Source: Spironucleus salmonicida
Taxonomy: Eukaryota
Assembly (NCBI RefSeq): GCF_000497125.1
Contig: NC_090600.1
Coordinates: 1,447,197-1,511,196 of the forward strand
DNA length: 64,000 nucleotides
Reading direction: 5' to 3'
Every line of letters begins with the position of its first letter. Position 1 is the first letter of the stretch. A program made the position numbers and the translations under genes. The notes under the pieces are model-generated. The model was not told the origin of the DNA. It searched no databases and was given only the letters and a program-made list of their open reading frames with translations. Positions 27,574-41,437 of this stretch are shown here, in pieces.

Positions 27574-30500
27574 TCACCATGAGTTGCGAGTTCTAAGGTT
27601 ACTATTTTATGGAACTTTCCCACAAATTATCACAACATTTTCGCTAAGATTTTACATAATCTAGTCAATAAATTTATAATTACCATTCAAACTATTTAAA
27701 TGAAGTTGGAATATAACTTATTCTGCACCATTCCAAAACTAAATTAACTGAGGTCTTATTTATGACTCTTAAGTAATTACATCCTAAACAAGATTAAGCT
27801 ACTAAGCTTACTTAATCCTCTAGTTTATATCTTAATTAAGTTAAAAAATTAGAACAGGTTGAATTTTACTAATAAGATTAGTCAAAAACACATGTAAAAA
27901 CTAAAATTACTCCGTATGTTGCTGAGATGCTATAATATTAATTATTTATCCATCATTAAATGGAGATGTAAATTAATGTAAAATCTATAGTATAGCAACC
28001 GCATATCTATTGATATCAGATATTTCAGTTACTTATATAAATAGACCTTAAATCAACCCTAAAATATGGGTTGAATCGTTAAAAGACCACTCACGAGCTA
28101 TAGATGATCCAAATATGGCAGATGTAGGTAAAAGTGTTTGGAATAATGATTTATAAATATGTGATTGGTGGAACAATTCGCAAGATGATAATTCGGATAG
28201 GGCCATCACAATGTATTTAGAAAGTATATAAAACTCTTTGCTTGGACCATTTTATAGCAAAGATAATTATATATGAGCATTAAATAACTGAAATAAACGA
28301 ACAGATAACTTTTCAACTTAAGATTCTAAATAAATACTTGATGGTTCATTTCGCAGAGAGTAAATAAAATTTTTAAGTATGAAGATTAATTAGTTGAAAT
28401 TTTGAACCTTGTTTAAATCGTTGTTGTAAAGTTCTTTATATTTTAAATTTTCTTAAGAAACCATAATTTCTTTTAAATTTGGTGTTTTTATTTCTAAATT
28501 TATATTCTTTCTAACCTATGGAGAATCAAATAAAGGAATATCAATTAATATATCCGGAAAATCAGCGAGTTCCTCGACTAAATCTTGCTAAGATTTATTT
28601 TATACATTTTAATTAGAAGTATTATAATCTATATGAGATTTATTAACAGAGAAATTCATTGGTGTATTTAGGTTCTTCTCATTAAAAGAAACAACATTTT
28701 TTGAAGTAGATTTTTAATTATTATATTTTCCTTGTGCTTGTACAGCAGATGGCGTACTGAACTATTACGGGTTATTAAACTGTCCTTAAGTTGGCTCTCT
28801 AAAATTAGGCTATTATTGAAATACTTATCTTTGATTCGTGTACTATTATTCAGGTGGTTAAATAAATTTCTATTGTTAGACAGGAATTTCTTAGTATGTT
28901 TGGTGTTATACATATCCTTCGGGTTAATTAAACTAGTAGGAAGTCGGCTATTACTATGAATTATATGTATTTTATTATGTTTATATTACTGGTTACTATA
29001 CCTATATAGTAGATTTTTAACTTTATTATTGGTTATTTTAAACTGGTTACTATTATTGGATATCTTAATAATTTTATTTAGTAAAAGTATTAATTTATTA
29101 CTATTTGACGGTATGTTATTAAACGTCATTAAATTATTACGTAGTGTGTATTTCTCTTTATTCCACAAATTTTAAAGCAGAGTTAACTAGCTTATCTTTG
29201 ATTTCAGCTTGGCAGTTTTAAATGAAGGTATTGATCAAGTAAAGTGATAACTATTTTTAAGAAGTAATTTTAATAGGGATCTATTAAACAATATATGAAT
29301 CTGTCAGCGAAAAATTTTCTGCTCCCTTGTAAACATAGAATTATTATAATGATACAATATGGATAGGCTATACGCTATTAAATAATAAATTTTATTATAC
29401 AAATAAAGAAGCTAAGCCAGATATAAATCTTAAAATAGAAACCTTAGTAGTAACTTATCTTATTTAAATTTTCCAGCTTTTGGAGATAATATTTAATGAA
29501 AGTATTAGTAAATCTTCTAAATTTTCAGCAACAGATATCAATTTCTCTGCTGAAGTAAGAATAAGTGATTTAAGTTGTGAAGATTGTTGTTATTCAAACT
29601 TTTATAGCATTACAGGTAAAATACATTCTAAATCATAATAGTTAAGTGAAATTCCATTTTACTATAATTCGTAGACTAATTTATCTAATGATTCGCTAAA
29701 TAATTTAGTTTACAATGGTGATGCCTATGACTTAGCTACAAATCCATCCGCTAATAATAGTGATAAATACCTTAAAACTATATCTTTTGATTCATTTAAA
29801 TTTGAAGATAATAAGATAGGTATGTTTTCTTGTATAGATTTAAAAGTTCCTGATGGTCCAAAAGCTGAGGATATCACACCTTTAACAAATAACTGCTATG
29901 CATTTAAAGTAATGCTTGATAATTACTAATAAATTTCTTCTAACATTTATGGTGTAAGGGGTGCTTATTAATTACAAGGGTCTACTAAGAACTGTCTATT
30001 TAGTTCTTTTCTTTATTGGTAATTTTATTTAGAATTGCCTTGGCTTTTAATTGCTTTATTAATCTTTTAACTCGTTAAAACTTTGTTTACTGCTGTTACA
30101 TCAGCTTCTTGGTATGACGGTTATTGTGCATACGCTTAACCTTCAAAAAAGCTAGAAAATGATTAAAAATCCTGTAGAAACTTTGAAATATCTTTAATAA
30201 TAACTAAAATTTCATTTTTTCTACGGTTTCCTGAAATATATTATATAAAGACTTAATACATCTAGTTGTAAACAAATAACAGATTTTCATCCTACTCTGA
30301 TCTTTTAATGGCATCATTACCCTCGGCTATATGAAATACAATAAACATAGCTATTGTTTTCTTAGATAAATCTCTTATACTTGCATTAGTATCATTTAGT
30401 AATTTATCCATAAGATCGAAAAACATGATGAATATGTCTTATTAAAATTATACCTGAAGATTAACTGATCCATCAAAATTGAAATAATCGATAAAGCATA

Positions 30501-31896
30501 ACCCTTTTCCAGTCTTTTACCTATGAGATCTATTATTTAGTTGCATTCCATAACTTTTTTCACCATTCATTGGTATTTCTTCCTCTGTTGTAGGAAATAT
30601 TGGACTAGGAAATGCATCGTTTGATAATATATTAATCTTACTATCTTCATCTTATAATTTGTATAGATATACAATAGAAGTTGCAGCAATTACCTTAATA
30701 ACTCTCAAAAGCTCCTCTTTAACTTCTTAGTTTTTATGCGGAATCGCAATTGTAAATAATTCATAGAATATATCTTTAAATTAAAATGCTCTAACTAATA
30801 TACTTTAGATAAATACATGATAACCATTAACTATAGCATATTTCTTTTCTTTTACTCTATTTTAAACAGTTTATAATAACACTTTTATACCAGTAATTGT
30901 AGAAATTGGACCTACTTTAATAGCGACTGATGAGATTAATTTTTCTGCCAATTATACAACTTAAACTTATTTTTCTTCCAAAATTATATTTTTTATATTA
31001 AAGATTAATTTAGGTAAATCATAACTACTTGGATCAATTCTTATTTGTTTATTTATTTGTTCTATACTCTCTTCTAATATCGCTTTTCTCTCTTTCCATT
31101 GTGCATTTTTCAATCTTTCTTCAAAGTTTTTAACTAAAGGAAATTTTAATGGTTTGGTTTCATCAAAAATATCATATTAATATTTAGCATTTTAATCTTA
31201 AATAATATTATCATCAATATTATCGTCTTATATTCCCTCAATTTCACTAAATAGGTGGCTAAATGTAGATATTTGTGCATCTGTTAATTTGTTTTACGTT
31301 AAAAGTTATAATATTGCCTATTTACCAATTTTTTAACCCAGAACAATTAAAACATCTACACACGGTTTCCTAACTTCCTCCTTGACATGTTATAATCCAG
31401 GAACTAATAATTTCACATATGTAGGACCTAAATTAGAAGATTTCTATAGTATATCGCTAATAATTAAACTAACTTCCATGACCACTTTTGGTTGCTTATG
31501 CGTTAAAAATCGGCTCATTATATGAATAGCCTCATCAAAATTTTCAATTGAGCTTAAGACCGCAATTTCCTTAATAATATTTTTTATTTACTATTTAATA
31601 TTACCAGCGTGCTCTAAACTTAAAGATAAAACTTTGAGTGCAGAATATTTTTAAGATTGAATAAGCGCCAATAGAAGAATAAGTGATTTAGAGCTGATTG
31701 CTGCATTTTGTTCTTTAGCTAGTAAAGGTGCAAGCTCGGAAATCATAAATAATGGTTCGAAATTTTACTTATTCAGTTCTTACTGAACATAATTTACTAA
31801 ATTTAGTCTATCTTTAATAGATTTGGATTCTAGGGCTGAAACGAGGTCTGTAGGACGCTCAAAATGAACTTCTTCTTCGGCATATTCTGTATCCAT
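27574..31896 (-). CDS. XMAP215/Dis1/ch-TOG family microtubule polymerase (TOG/HEAT domains)
   Basis: ORF of about 1440 aa. TOG-like heads LESKSIKDRL, LTHKQPKVV, EVRK and LKNAQWKERKAILE, then a Q-rich linker and a C-terminal helical domain. Confidence 0.75.
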
Positions 31897-32056
31897 TTAA
31901 ATTTTAAAAATTAAAGCTGAAATGAGCAGATAATTATCATTATTATTTGTTAATATTATTATATATTTTAAAAATTTATTTTTCTAATTCCACCTAGTAG
32001 CAGATAATAACTATATTAACTCTTTCTATAGTTGCCAACTTTACTAAGGCTCATAA

Positions 32057-32851
32057 ATGAGCTCACCAGTTCTTTCTCCGTCAGATGATGGCGAATATTG
32101 TGTTATTTGCCAGGCTATAATGCTAAATTCTGATGTCTAAACTGCAGCTATCTAACAGCAAACCCAGCAATCGACTCTGCTCGAAATGCTCAAATACACG
32201 AACGCCAGTCCTTTGCTCTTCATCCATCTCTCGTGTTCGCACACTTTCCATCGTTCCTGCCTAATCAAATGGGTGCATTACAACAACACGTCCTGCCCGC
32301 TCTGCCGCAACCCGATCAACCTCGCGAACCTATCGAACTGCACCTGGAAAGTCCAAAACATTGCCGTTCGGACGAAGTGCTCCCCCGAATCCGTCCGGCT
32401 CGGCATGAAGCCAGAGGGTTGGTTCAATGTTCAAATACAGGTTAATCCGCCGAACAACGAGAAGCTCAAGAACATCAGATATTACTTCCACCCTGCGTTT
32501 TCGCTTAACAAACTTGAGCTGCGCAAGCAGCCCTTCGATTTAGTAATGAAATTAGTGTCCAATTCGGTTGAAATTGTGATCGAAGCGGAGACGATTTCTG
32601 GCGAAAAGTTCACTTTTCTGCATTAAATTTGCAAAGAAATGTGCGTCAGGGCGTACTATCAGGATATATACAATGGGACCGATGAGGGGTGTTAGCTGGA
32701 GCCGATTCAGTATTTTAAGAATTAGCTTGAGACATACAATAGGGAAAGTGACTATTACGAGGTAGAAATGCCTGTTCCAGTACGTTTTCAAGGGGCATAG
32801 GATCGCGAGCGGACGATTTTTACACGCCTATTGGGCTTTTTTCAGGGTTGA
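32057..32851 (+). CDS. RING-H2 finger fused to YEATS-like domain
   Basis: CVIC...CSHTFHRSC...CPLC, followed by W.....V..P...L..I.YYFHPAF........QPF.L......V.I.I......G.....H.I. Confidence 0.75.
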
Positions 32852-32871
32852 GTGAAGTTAGCGCGTCACTT

Positions 32872-33888
32872 TCAGATGTTATCTTTGATCCATTTGGCGA
32901 ATTTCTATCTGAGCTCACCTTCTTTCTTCAAATACATTTTACAGAACGTCATATCAAGAAGCTGCTGTGCATTTACTCTTTAAGATACATCTTTCTCTAG
33001 CATTGCGTTGATAAACTCAACACAGTATTTACTATAGCCCATATTCTCGTTAAGAAGGGGAGCTGGGCCTTTAACGACAAGATTTATTGCATTCCAGATA
33101 TCTTTTAATTCGCCATAAGGGAATCTTCCCATTAACAGTTCTACAAAACTCACACCTAGACTCCAAATATCGCTGCTTTCTGTATAAGTTTCGCTTTGTA
33201 TTCTCTCTGGTGCCATATAGCTAATTGAACCAGCAAACGTCTATTGTGCCTAATTTTCATCATGAACAAGTACACTTGTTGCTACACCGAAATCTGCTAG
33301 TTTACAATCACCGTTTTCAGCTATTAAAATATTGTCGGGCTTAATATCTCTGTGGATAATTTTCTTATTATGAACGTAAACTAGAGCTCTTAATATATCA
33401 ATTGCGAGAATTCCAATACAATTTTCATTGAATTTTTAGGATTTTAAACGCTTTTGCAGATCCTTGGCGGATCCATATTTGCAGAGTTCAAGTAATACGT
33501 TTACTTTCATACCATCTAGAAAATATACGTTAAATGTCTGAACAATGTGTTTGTGTGCATAGTCTAAATATGAGTGCAACTCTCTGTAAATATTTTTCTA
33601 GACTTCAGGATCCTCAGTGATCCTGATTTCCTTCAGCGCAAACTCCTAACCGGTTTTGTCTTTTACCAAATAAACTACACCAAAAGATCCATTTCCAAGT
33701 ACTTTGACTTCCGTAAGGTCAGAAAATGGAATTGGTACTTTAGCATTTTTTAACCCATTCGCATCAAGCATTATGGACTAGTTTTGAGTGACCATAGCCT
33801 GTGTAGATAATGAGAAAAATGGTTTTCCAGTAGGCTACTCAACTGTAGCTGAAGAAATGGTAAGTCCTGGCTTTTTACGTAAGGACAT
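32872..33888 (-). CDS. MAP kinase kinase (STE7/MEK family)
   Basis: N-terminal D-motif RKKPGLTI, then [40 protein letters not shown] and GRFPY. Confidence 0.92.
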
Positions 33889-34016
33889 TTTTACTTGTGA
33901 AGTGTAATTTGAAAAAAATTATTATATGTATCTAAATAAAAATATGATAATTACTAAATTTTGAGTAATGCATCATTTTATATATAATATAATAAATATA
34001 AGCAACTAGATTTAAA

Positions 34017-35672
34017 ATGTCAAATTATGATATTTCATATAGAGAAAAAATAGAAAAATTTAAGAAGGCTAAGGAGTCAAAAATAAACTAATTGAGATAG
34101 TAAATGTATTAAACCTAGTAGTCTCCTGTGATAAACTAGACATCATAAAATATAGCACAATAAAAGCTTTTAATTGACGGAAATAAATCAATTATTGAGA
34201 GAATTTACACATTAAATTCACCTTAATCAAAAGATTAAAGGACTGAGTAGAAATAACTGGAAAACGCAAAATTATTTACATATAAACCAGAAATTACAAA
34301 AATGGGATAAGACTTTTAGCGTGATAAACCAGTTATTGAATCCCTTTATATTTGGAATGATATTGTATAAAAGAAGAAAGATACAAAAAGGAATCAGCAA
34401 AATATTAAAATAGATGAATAGTTGGCGGTGGGTGTAGAACGATAGGCTAAAAATAGATCTGACTTTTTAGCAAGCAAAAATAAATTTTCAAACATGAAGG
34501 TATAGGATAGATTAATTTTGTAGTAAGCAGAAGCCCTCAAAAAATATGTTGAAATACCATCTCCTGAAGTGTTAGGAACTTTTTAGCCATAAATTACAGC
34601 AAAAGCTAAGAGTAAACCTAGAGTTCCGCAAAATGTATTTAATAACTTATATAATAGTGCATTTAAACCTAATGTCGATAATAATATACTTCTGAAATAA
34701 AGTAAAATACCATCGGATTTTAGCTAATTCAGAGAAAATGATATTTTAAAAAGGCATGAATAATCTTTAGATAAACTTACGTTGAGTAGGTTAATAAAAG
34801 AAGATGAAGATCGTGAAATGCGTAATTTTAGAGCTAGTGACAAGTCATATGAGTATTTGTAGAAGAAGAATGAATCCATTGTTGAGGGAAAGCGTAATTA
34901 TTCAAATAAACTAAAAGTTGAAGAACACGAGTTCTAACCAATTCTGAACTCTAAAACTATTGAGATCACTAAAGAAAGAAATGGAGATGCTAATAACAAA
35001 CTTTACAAAATGGCTGAAGTAATCTAACAAAAGAAGCAGTAACTTTAGTAAAATCAAATAAAGCAAGATGGTGAGTTTACTTTCAAGCCATAAGTTGGTT
35101 AATATTAGGTTAAGACAACGTTTGAGGAAAGAAAATAAGCAGCAATTTAAAAGAAAAAGGTTATATCCAACCTAAAACCGAATCAAGATATCGATCCCGA
35201 ATGCACTTTCACTCCTATAACAAATGGAAATACAGTTTTAGATTAGCATAGACGAATTTAGACTTCATAAAATGCTAAGACTTCTGAACTAGAAGCTAGG
35301 GCTATTAACTAACATATAAAAAGACTACAAGGCCCAAGTCAATAACCTCTAGAAAAGTCAGCAAATTGGACTATTGAGCCTACTGTTTAGGAACCATTTT
35401 GTGCTAGTCATGTGACAATCAATACTTCTGAAATAAAGCCTGATATTACAGAAGATGCTCTCAATTTTCTAGATATTTTTGATATTAATCTTTCTAAACA
35501 ACATAATAATAAAGAAAGTTAACAACTTAATACTATAGTTATTGGTCAAAAGAATTACTTGACATAAATGCATAAACTTTTTTAAGGTATTGTTTTTTAA
35601 CAAACTGAGACATAGCTATATTAGTAATTGCGTGAAGATCGTAATTTATAGTTTTACTTGGATAATAAATGA
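34017..35672 (+). CDS. Coiled-coil protein with dispersed (F/C)TF(K/Q/T)P repeats, probably cytoskeletal
   Basis: 551 aa. Repeats FTYKPEIT, GTFQPQIT, HEFQPILN, FTFKPQVG and CTFTPITN. Confidence 0.7.
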
Positions 35673-35720
35673 AACATTATTATTGATATTATATATTAAT
35701 ATATTACTTGTTAAAATCAA

Positions 35721-38700
35721 ATGCTTAAATACCCAATTGTAAACTCAACTGTTGTTTTAAACTCATTCTTACTAGGCTTCACGTAGAAATAAGAATAATT
35801 AATCTAAATTACTACTAACTGTATTCATATATTGAATAACTACACACTAGATGTAGTGTAAGCGTTCATAATGGAGGAAACAATATAACTAGCCACACCT
35901 TTAATTCAAGATTGTAAATCTTATATCATCGTTTAGTTTAAAAATAAATTGTCTAAACTCTCATTCGATCATGCTTTACATTATCAGACTATAGAGGAAA
36001 ATCCAAACTATTAAGAGTGCTGCTCTTCTAAAGATAATTAAGCTGCATGTTTTGTTGGTACATAATCTGTGTTGCAGCTTGGTTCATTTTCATAGAATGT
36101 TGATACCTTTTTATATGCATTTCCAAGGAAAGTTATCCTTGGAAAATTTGGGCTCGCTGTTCTTTTCTCAGATTCTCTTCATCAAGTATGGATATAATGC
36201 ACGAAAGGAGATAAACTGTCAACTCCATAACAAGTTTAAGAGGATATTTGGGATCTTGTAGAATATTCTGATTAAATAATTGCCTTCGGAACTAGTATGT
36301 CTATACTTTATGATCCTTGGTAAGGAAAAAGTTAAACATTTGTATTATAAAATTCTAATGTTGTCAGTGCTATTTCATTTGGCAATTTAATCTTCATATC
36401 AGATACATGTGGTCATTTAATTAAAGTTAGCTATGACGGTGCAAAAATGATTTCTGAAATCATTTTTGTAGTTTCATAAGCAAACAGTATGACATTTATA
36501 TAAGAGAATTGTATATTCTTAGGATCAAAATCTGGAGATTCTGTTATTGTGAATTTTCATGAAAAAACTATTTTAGCTAGATAGCCAACATTTTCACCTA
36601 TCCATGATATTACAATCAAAGATTCATAAATTATATGTTCAACAGGTATGGAAAGAACCGGTGGCATTAAGTGGTTAACTAAAATACTGAAATCTAGTTC
36701 ATTACGCGAAGTCGATTTATTATAAAATATTGATAATGTTTGTGTTTTATTTTAAACGAAGAGTAAAGTTTTATTTTAGGTTAATTTCAAGCACTAAGAT
36801 ACAGAAGGAAATAATTTATATTTTTATGAGAATAATCAATTAAAATAACTTTAGCCTATTAATAACGATATGTCAGAATACTGTAGATATTTTGGGATTA
36901 TAATTAACGAAGAAATTTATATTGTGATTGTTGATGACTTTATAATTAAATTCTTCAACCTATCATGTGAGATAGTAAAATCTTATACTGTAACAGATTT
37001 CGCAGAAAACAGACGTATTTTATCTTGTACATGTTCACCATAGTATACAAAACTAATAGTTACACTAACAGATAACTTTATTTCAGTTATTGGTTCTTTT
37101 GATATACCTACGATTTAACATATATAAATTGATGAAATATAATAATAACTCCTTTCTGCAGCAATTAATGAAGATAATTTAATTGCTTTAATTTATAATT
37201 AAATACCCTATTCTATTCTATATAAAGATCATTAGACGATAATTTAATCATTAACAGATAAAGATTTTTCAGTGGATACAATAGATATGAATATGTTTTC
37301 TCTCCTAGATGGTAATATACCGCCAAATTGTACTAGGCCAGCTCTACTTGCATCACTTGTTTCGGGAAAATTGGCAGCGTGTCCATTTAGCTAAGATGCC
37401 TGCCAACTCTAGGTTGGAGTTATTTTTCTATAGTTTATTCACAATTAGTTAATTGTTGGGCATAAAAATGGTGAAGTCGGTGTGTATTAGGTACAAGATT
37501 ATTATTGCATAGATTATAATTTTTACCAACTTAATGGCCTTAAAGGTATATAAATTACAGATAATGATATTTATGCAATTGATATGACAAATCAATAATT
37601 TTTGCTTAAAAATGATGTAATTACTTAAGTATTTGACGGAATAATTTTTTCCCATTAGGAAAACAACATAACTTTAGCATTTAACTAGTAGAATTTATTA
37701 TTTATGACAGATATATTTAAATCATACTGCTTACAAAATATCTAAACAAATACATTATCAAAATCTGTATGTTAACTCCAAGATTACTTGGTATTTGGAT
37801 CTGTTAAAACAACTGAAGTATCAACTTCTGTTGTTTAATAAGCCTAACAGTCAATTATTTAATAGTCTGGGTATTTAAAATAGATTAAATCTCTCGATAT
37901 TTAACAAGTAGAATCCCCTCCATCCAAAAAACTTGTATCCAGAATTTCACTGTATGCAAATAAGTAGGAAATTTCATTCTTAGAATTTACTAATCATCAT
38001 ATAACCACACTAATTAGTGCAAGACTAGGAAGATTTGACTAAGATTTTATTTGTGCCGGTTTTGTAGTTCCAACAGAATCTAAAGATTCAGGACTAATAG
38101 TCATTTTTTAATTAGTTAAAGAAATTTTAGTTGAAAAGGCTAGGTTTGCAACAAATTAAGGAGTATATCAATTGTCTTGCGATAAATAAAGACTTTATGC
38201 TACTTGTGAACAAAATATTATCGCGTTTGAATATATGGAGCTGTAATCTGCTTTCCTTCCACAATAAATACATGGGATTCCATAGTAACTATTCGAAACT
38301 GGGTGGATATCCACATGTGTCTTTGCAACAAGTATTTCGACATGTGATAATTTAGTTGTTTTTAGTGATATTGCTAAAGGTATATTTGTATCTAATATAA
38401 GTGATACTAAAGTTAGAACTGAATTTAAAAACATAAAAAGAGTAAAAGGTAAAGGTGTCGTTTGTACTGATGGATCAGAAATTATATTAGCCGCCCCAGA
38501 TGGAAAACTTACTATTTTTAATAATAAATTAGAAATTGAATTTACTGGAGATATTGGTGGCTAAATATTATGTATTAAATGCTTGTAAAAGGGAGTTTAT
38601 ATATATGGTACAATTGGTGGAGAACTTGGTATATTACATAGAATTTATGATGATAACCGCATAATTACTGCTAAAGAGATTGAGAATTTAGATGATAACT

Positions 38701-38741
38701 TAAAATGGAAGACTGCTTTATAAGTTTGTTAAGTAATTTGA
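35721..38741 (+). CDS. DDB1: DDB1-like triple beta-propeller (DDB1/SF3B3/CPSF1 family)
   Basis: About 1006 aa. IFLGSKSGDSVIV, FSPIHDI....IICSTG....G.I, SDIAKGI and IYGTIGGELG are collinear with DDB1 landmarks. Confidence 0.7.
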
Positions 38742-38862
38742 TGTAATTTACATTTATTTTATGCTGTGTTGTTTTTAACATCTTTTTTATCAGACTTTTT
38801 AAAATTCCTTCTTATTACATTAATAAAATATATGATATAATATTTATAGCAATCCGCACATA

Positions 38863-39936
38863 ATGGAAACCTGCCCCTTGTGTTTAGACGATATTATAAA
38901 CGATATATGCTTACTAGATTGTCACCATTAGATGCATTAAAAATGTTATGAGTTGCTCATTGCTTCATCGTAAAGAACTTGCCCAGTTTGCAGAGCATTA
39001 TTACCATTATAAGAAAGAGCAGCTAAAGATATGGTTGCTTTTTTAACAACAGCCATTAGAGATTTATTTTTAGAGTACACTAAAAATGAATCACTCAAGA
39101 TATCTGCTATAGAGACTGAACTCTAGACTAAAGAAACTATTTATTCTATTTAAAAATAAAAAACTCATTTTAGGGATAAAATAATATGTTTGAGAGATGC
39201 ATAGGAGCTAGTATATGAAAGGATTACAATAGCCTAGAAAGATCTAAAACTATCATAATCAGGGAATATGCTATCTGAAGCGTAAGACGAACACGATAAG
39301 CTCATATTATATTTAAACAAATAGTCGCAGTCACTAAGGATTTAACTTTAAAATACATTAAAAATGAGTTATTACGATTAAAAAATGATTACAAGACTCA
39401 AAGTTCACTTATCTTCTAACGATTTAGAAATGCGTACTGCTACTCGTAAGATGTCATAGTTAAAATCAAAAATGTAAACAAGCAGCTAGCACTACACTAA
39501 TCAAACAGCTTTTCAGATATAAGAGCAATTGATATCTTTAAATTAAAAAATTGAGTAATTAGAGTAACTAATAGAACGTACTTAAACAGAGATCGATCAT
39601 TTAGAGGATATAGAATGTAAGCTAGAATTGCGACTTGAGAAAGTCATTAAGCTAAGAATATAGTATCTCACTAAGAGAAGGGAATTATATGAAGATAGGT
39701 TCTCTTGTGATGATCTTATTGATGATATTCACTAAGTTTTAAATGAGAAAGCAATTTTAATATAAACATTAGCTTCTAATCTTCAGACTTCATTTTCAGA
39801 TCATAGAGCATCTGAATTTTCACATGAGACACGGAAATTTCAACTAACTGCTAGTCAGTATGCAGAGGATAAAAATGATTTTAATCGAATTTTAGTATTT
39901 TATAAGGAGGAAATATAATCGTGGGAGTTTACGTGA
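38863..39936 (+). CDS. RING-H2 finger + coiled-coil protein
   Basis: CPLC....CHHQMHQKC....CPVC followed by a long heptad-rich region. Confidence 0.85.
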
Positions 39937-39945
39937 AAAATGAAA

Positions 39946-41307
39946 TCAGACTGTAATTTGCATTATTTTAGCGGATGCATCACCAGCATAACTAAAGTTT
40001 CCGATGTCTTCTACCATATCATGCTTTTTTGCTTCAGAGATAATTTTACCAAAATGGTCTAAAAATTATTTACTGATAGATTCGTAGTCAGTATTGCTTT
40101 AAAATACAAAGAAGATAGTTCTAATATTTGAATTAATCATTTTTGAAAATTCTACGCCAACTGCAGCGATAACTTATGGGCTACAGATTGCGATTTCTTA
40201 AGAAAATACATGATATCTAGTTTCTAACTGACTAAAATTAAGTCTAAAAACAGGGACATTACAATATAAATCCATAGATTAGTGCATCGTATCAATTTAA
40301 GTTTTTTACGTATATCTATGGATTCCCCAAGTAGTTGCAGCTACCAAAGCCTTGAAATCATCTGCAGGATTAGGAGTTAAAAACATATAGTCTGCAAAGG
40401 TCTTTCCTTAATATAACTAGTTAGCTGCAACTCTACTCATAGTGTCCTACTAATTTTAACTAATAATTAAACCTCCTTCAACATAATAGTATGTGTTCTC
40501 TAAAGAAGTACATGTTGGCTTTTAGGATAAAATTTTCATTTCTCTGAGCCACTTGTCAGGGAAACAGAAATATCCATAAGTAAGCTCTTTTTTACGCATT
40601 TGTATTCCAATGCCACAATCTATATTAGACCATTTCTTATTAATAAGTACACAGTTGAATATCTAAGTGAATTTTTCTTATTACATTGCTTTTGCAGAAA
40701 TACAAGTTACTTCGAGCATGTTACATAAGTAATGGAATGCTTTTGCAATTCCAAATATAGTTCCAAGCCCAGTAGATAAGCAACACCTAGAACAGGTTGA
40801 AGTATTCTAATCATTAACAAACGTAACGGTTCCAACTACAGTTTCGTAAATAACCTTTGCCTTTGCCCAATCAGAATTCATACCAGCAGTTGTCTTAATC
40901 CCTCTAATTATAGCATCAATTTTAGCATTATGATGTATAAAATCAGTAACTGGCATTAATGATACTTAAACTCCTGTTAGTTTACCATTTGTTAATTTTT
41001 AAATTAAGCCATGATAAACTAATTCTGGAAAATCAAGATCTAACGCCATTAATACTTGAGAACCTTCTTCTTTAGTAATTGCTTCAGATAAAGTACATAC
41101 ATCTTTATTCTCTTTTATGGTCTTAGCAATTTAAAATACTATTTACTATAGCTTTTATGATAACTACAATGTATTATATCTTAAATGATCTGGAACATTA
41201 CCAATAGAGAATACTTTTGATTCTGCGAATGGATATTTCTAAGGTGCAGAAGCAACAAGTTAAGGTGGTGAAATTTAATAAGGTGCAGCAGAGGCTAGAG
41301 GATTCAT
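39946..41307 (-). CDS. Transglutaminase-like superfamily protein (catalytic Cys/His apparently lost)
   Basis: LDFPEL, then GLGTIFGIAKAFHYLCNMLEVTC and QIFNCVLINKKWSNIDC follow the TGc core pattern. Confidence 0.7.
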
Positions 41308-41437
41308 TTTTAACTTTTGAGCAAATAATTTTATACAATATATAATAAATATTTTATGATGTAAAAATAGAAGTACGGTAGTGAATTATATTAATTAAAT
41401 GTAAAAATAATTTACTTGAACCACAATCGTATGCCAA

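Noticed and set aside
27579-28276. + strand ORFs at 27579-28013 and downstream
   Set aside because: They are antisense to the continuous XMAP215-like frame.
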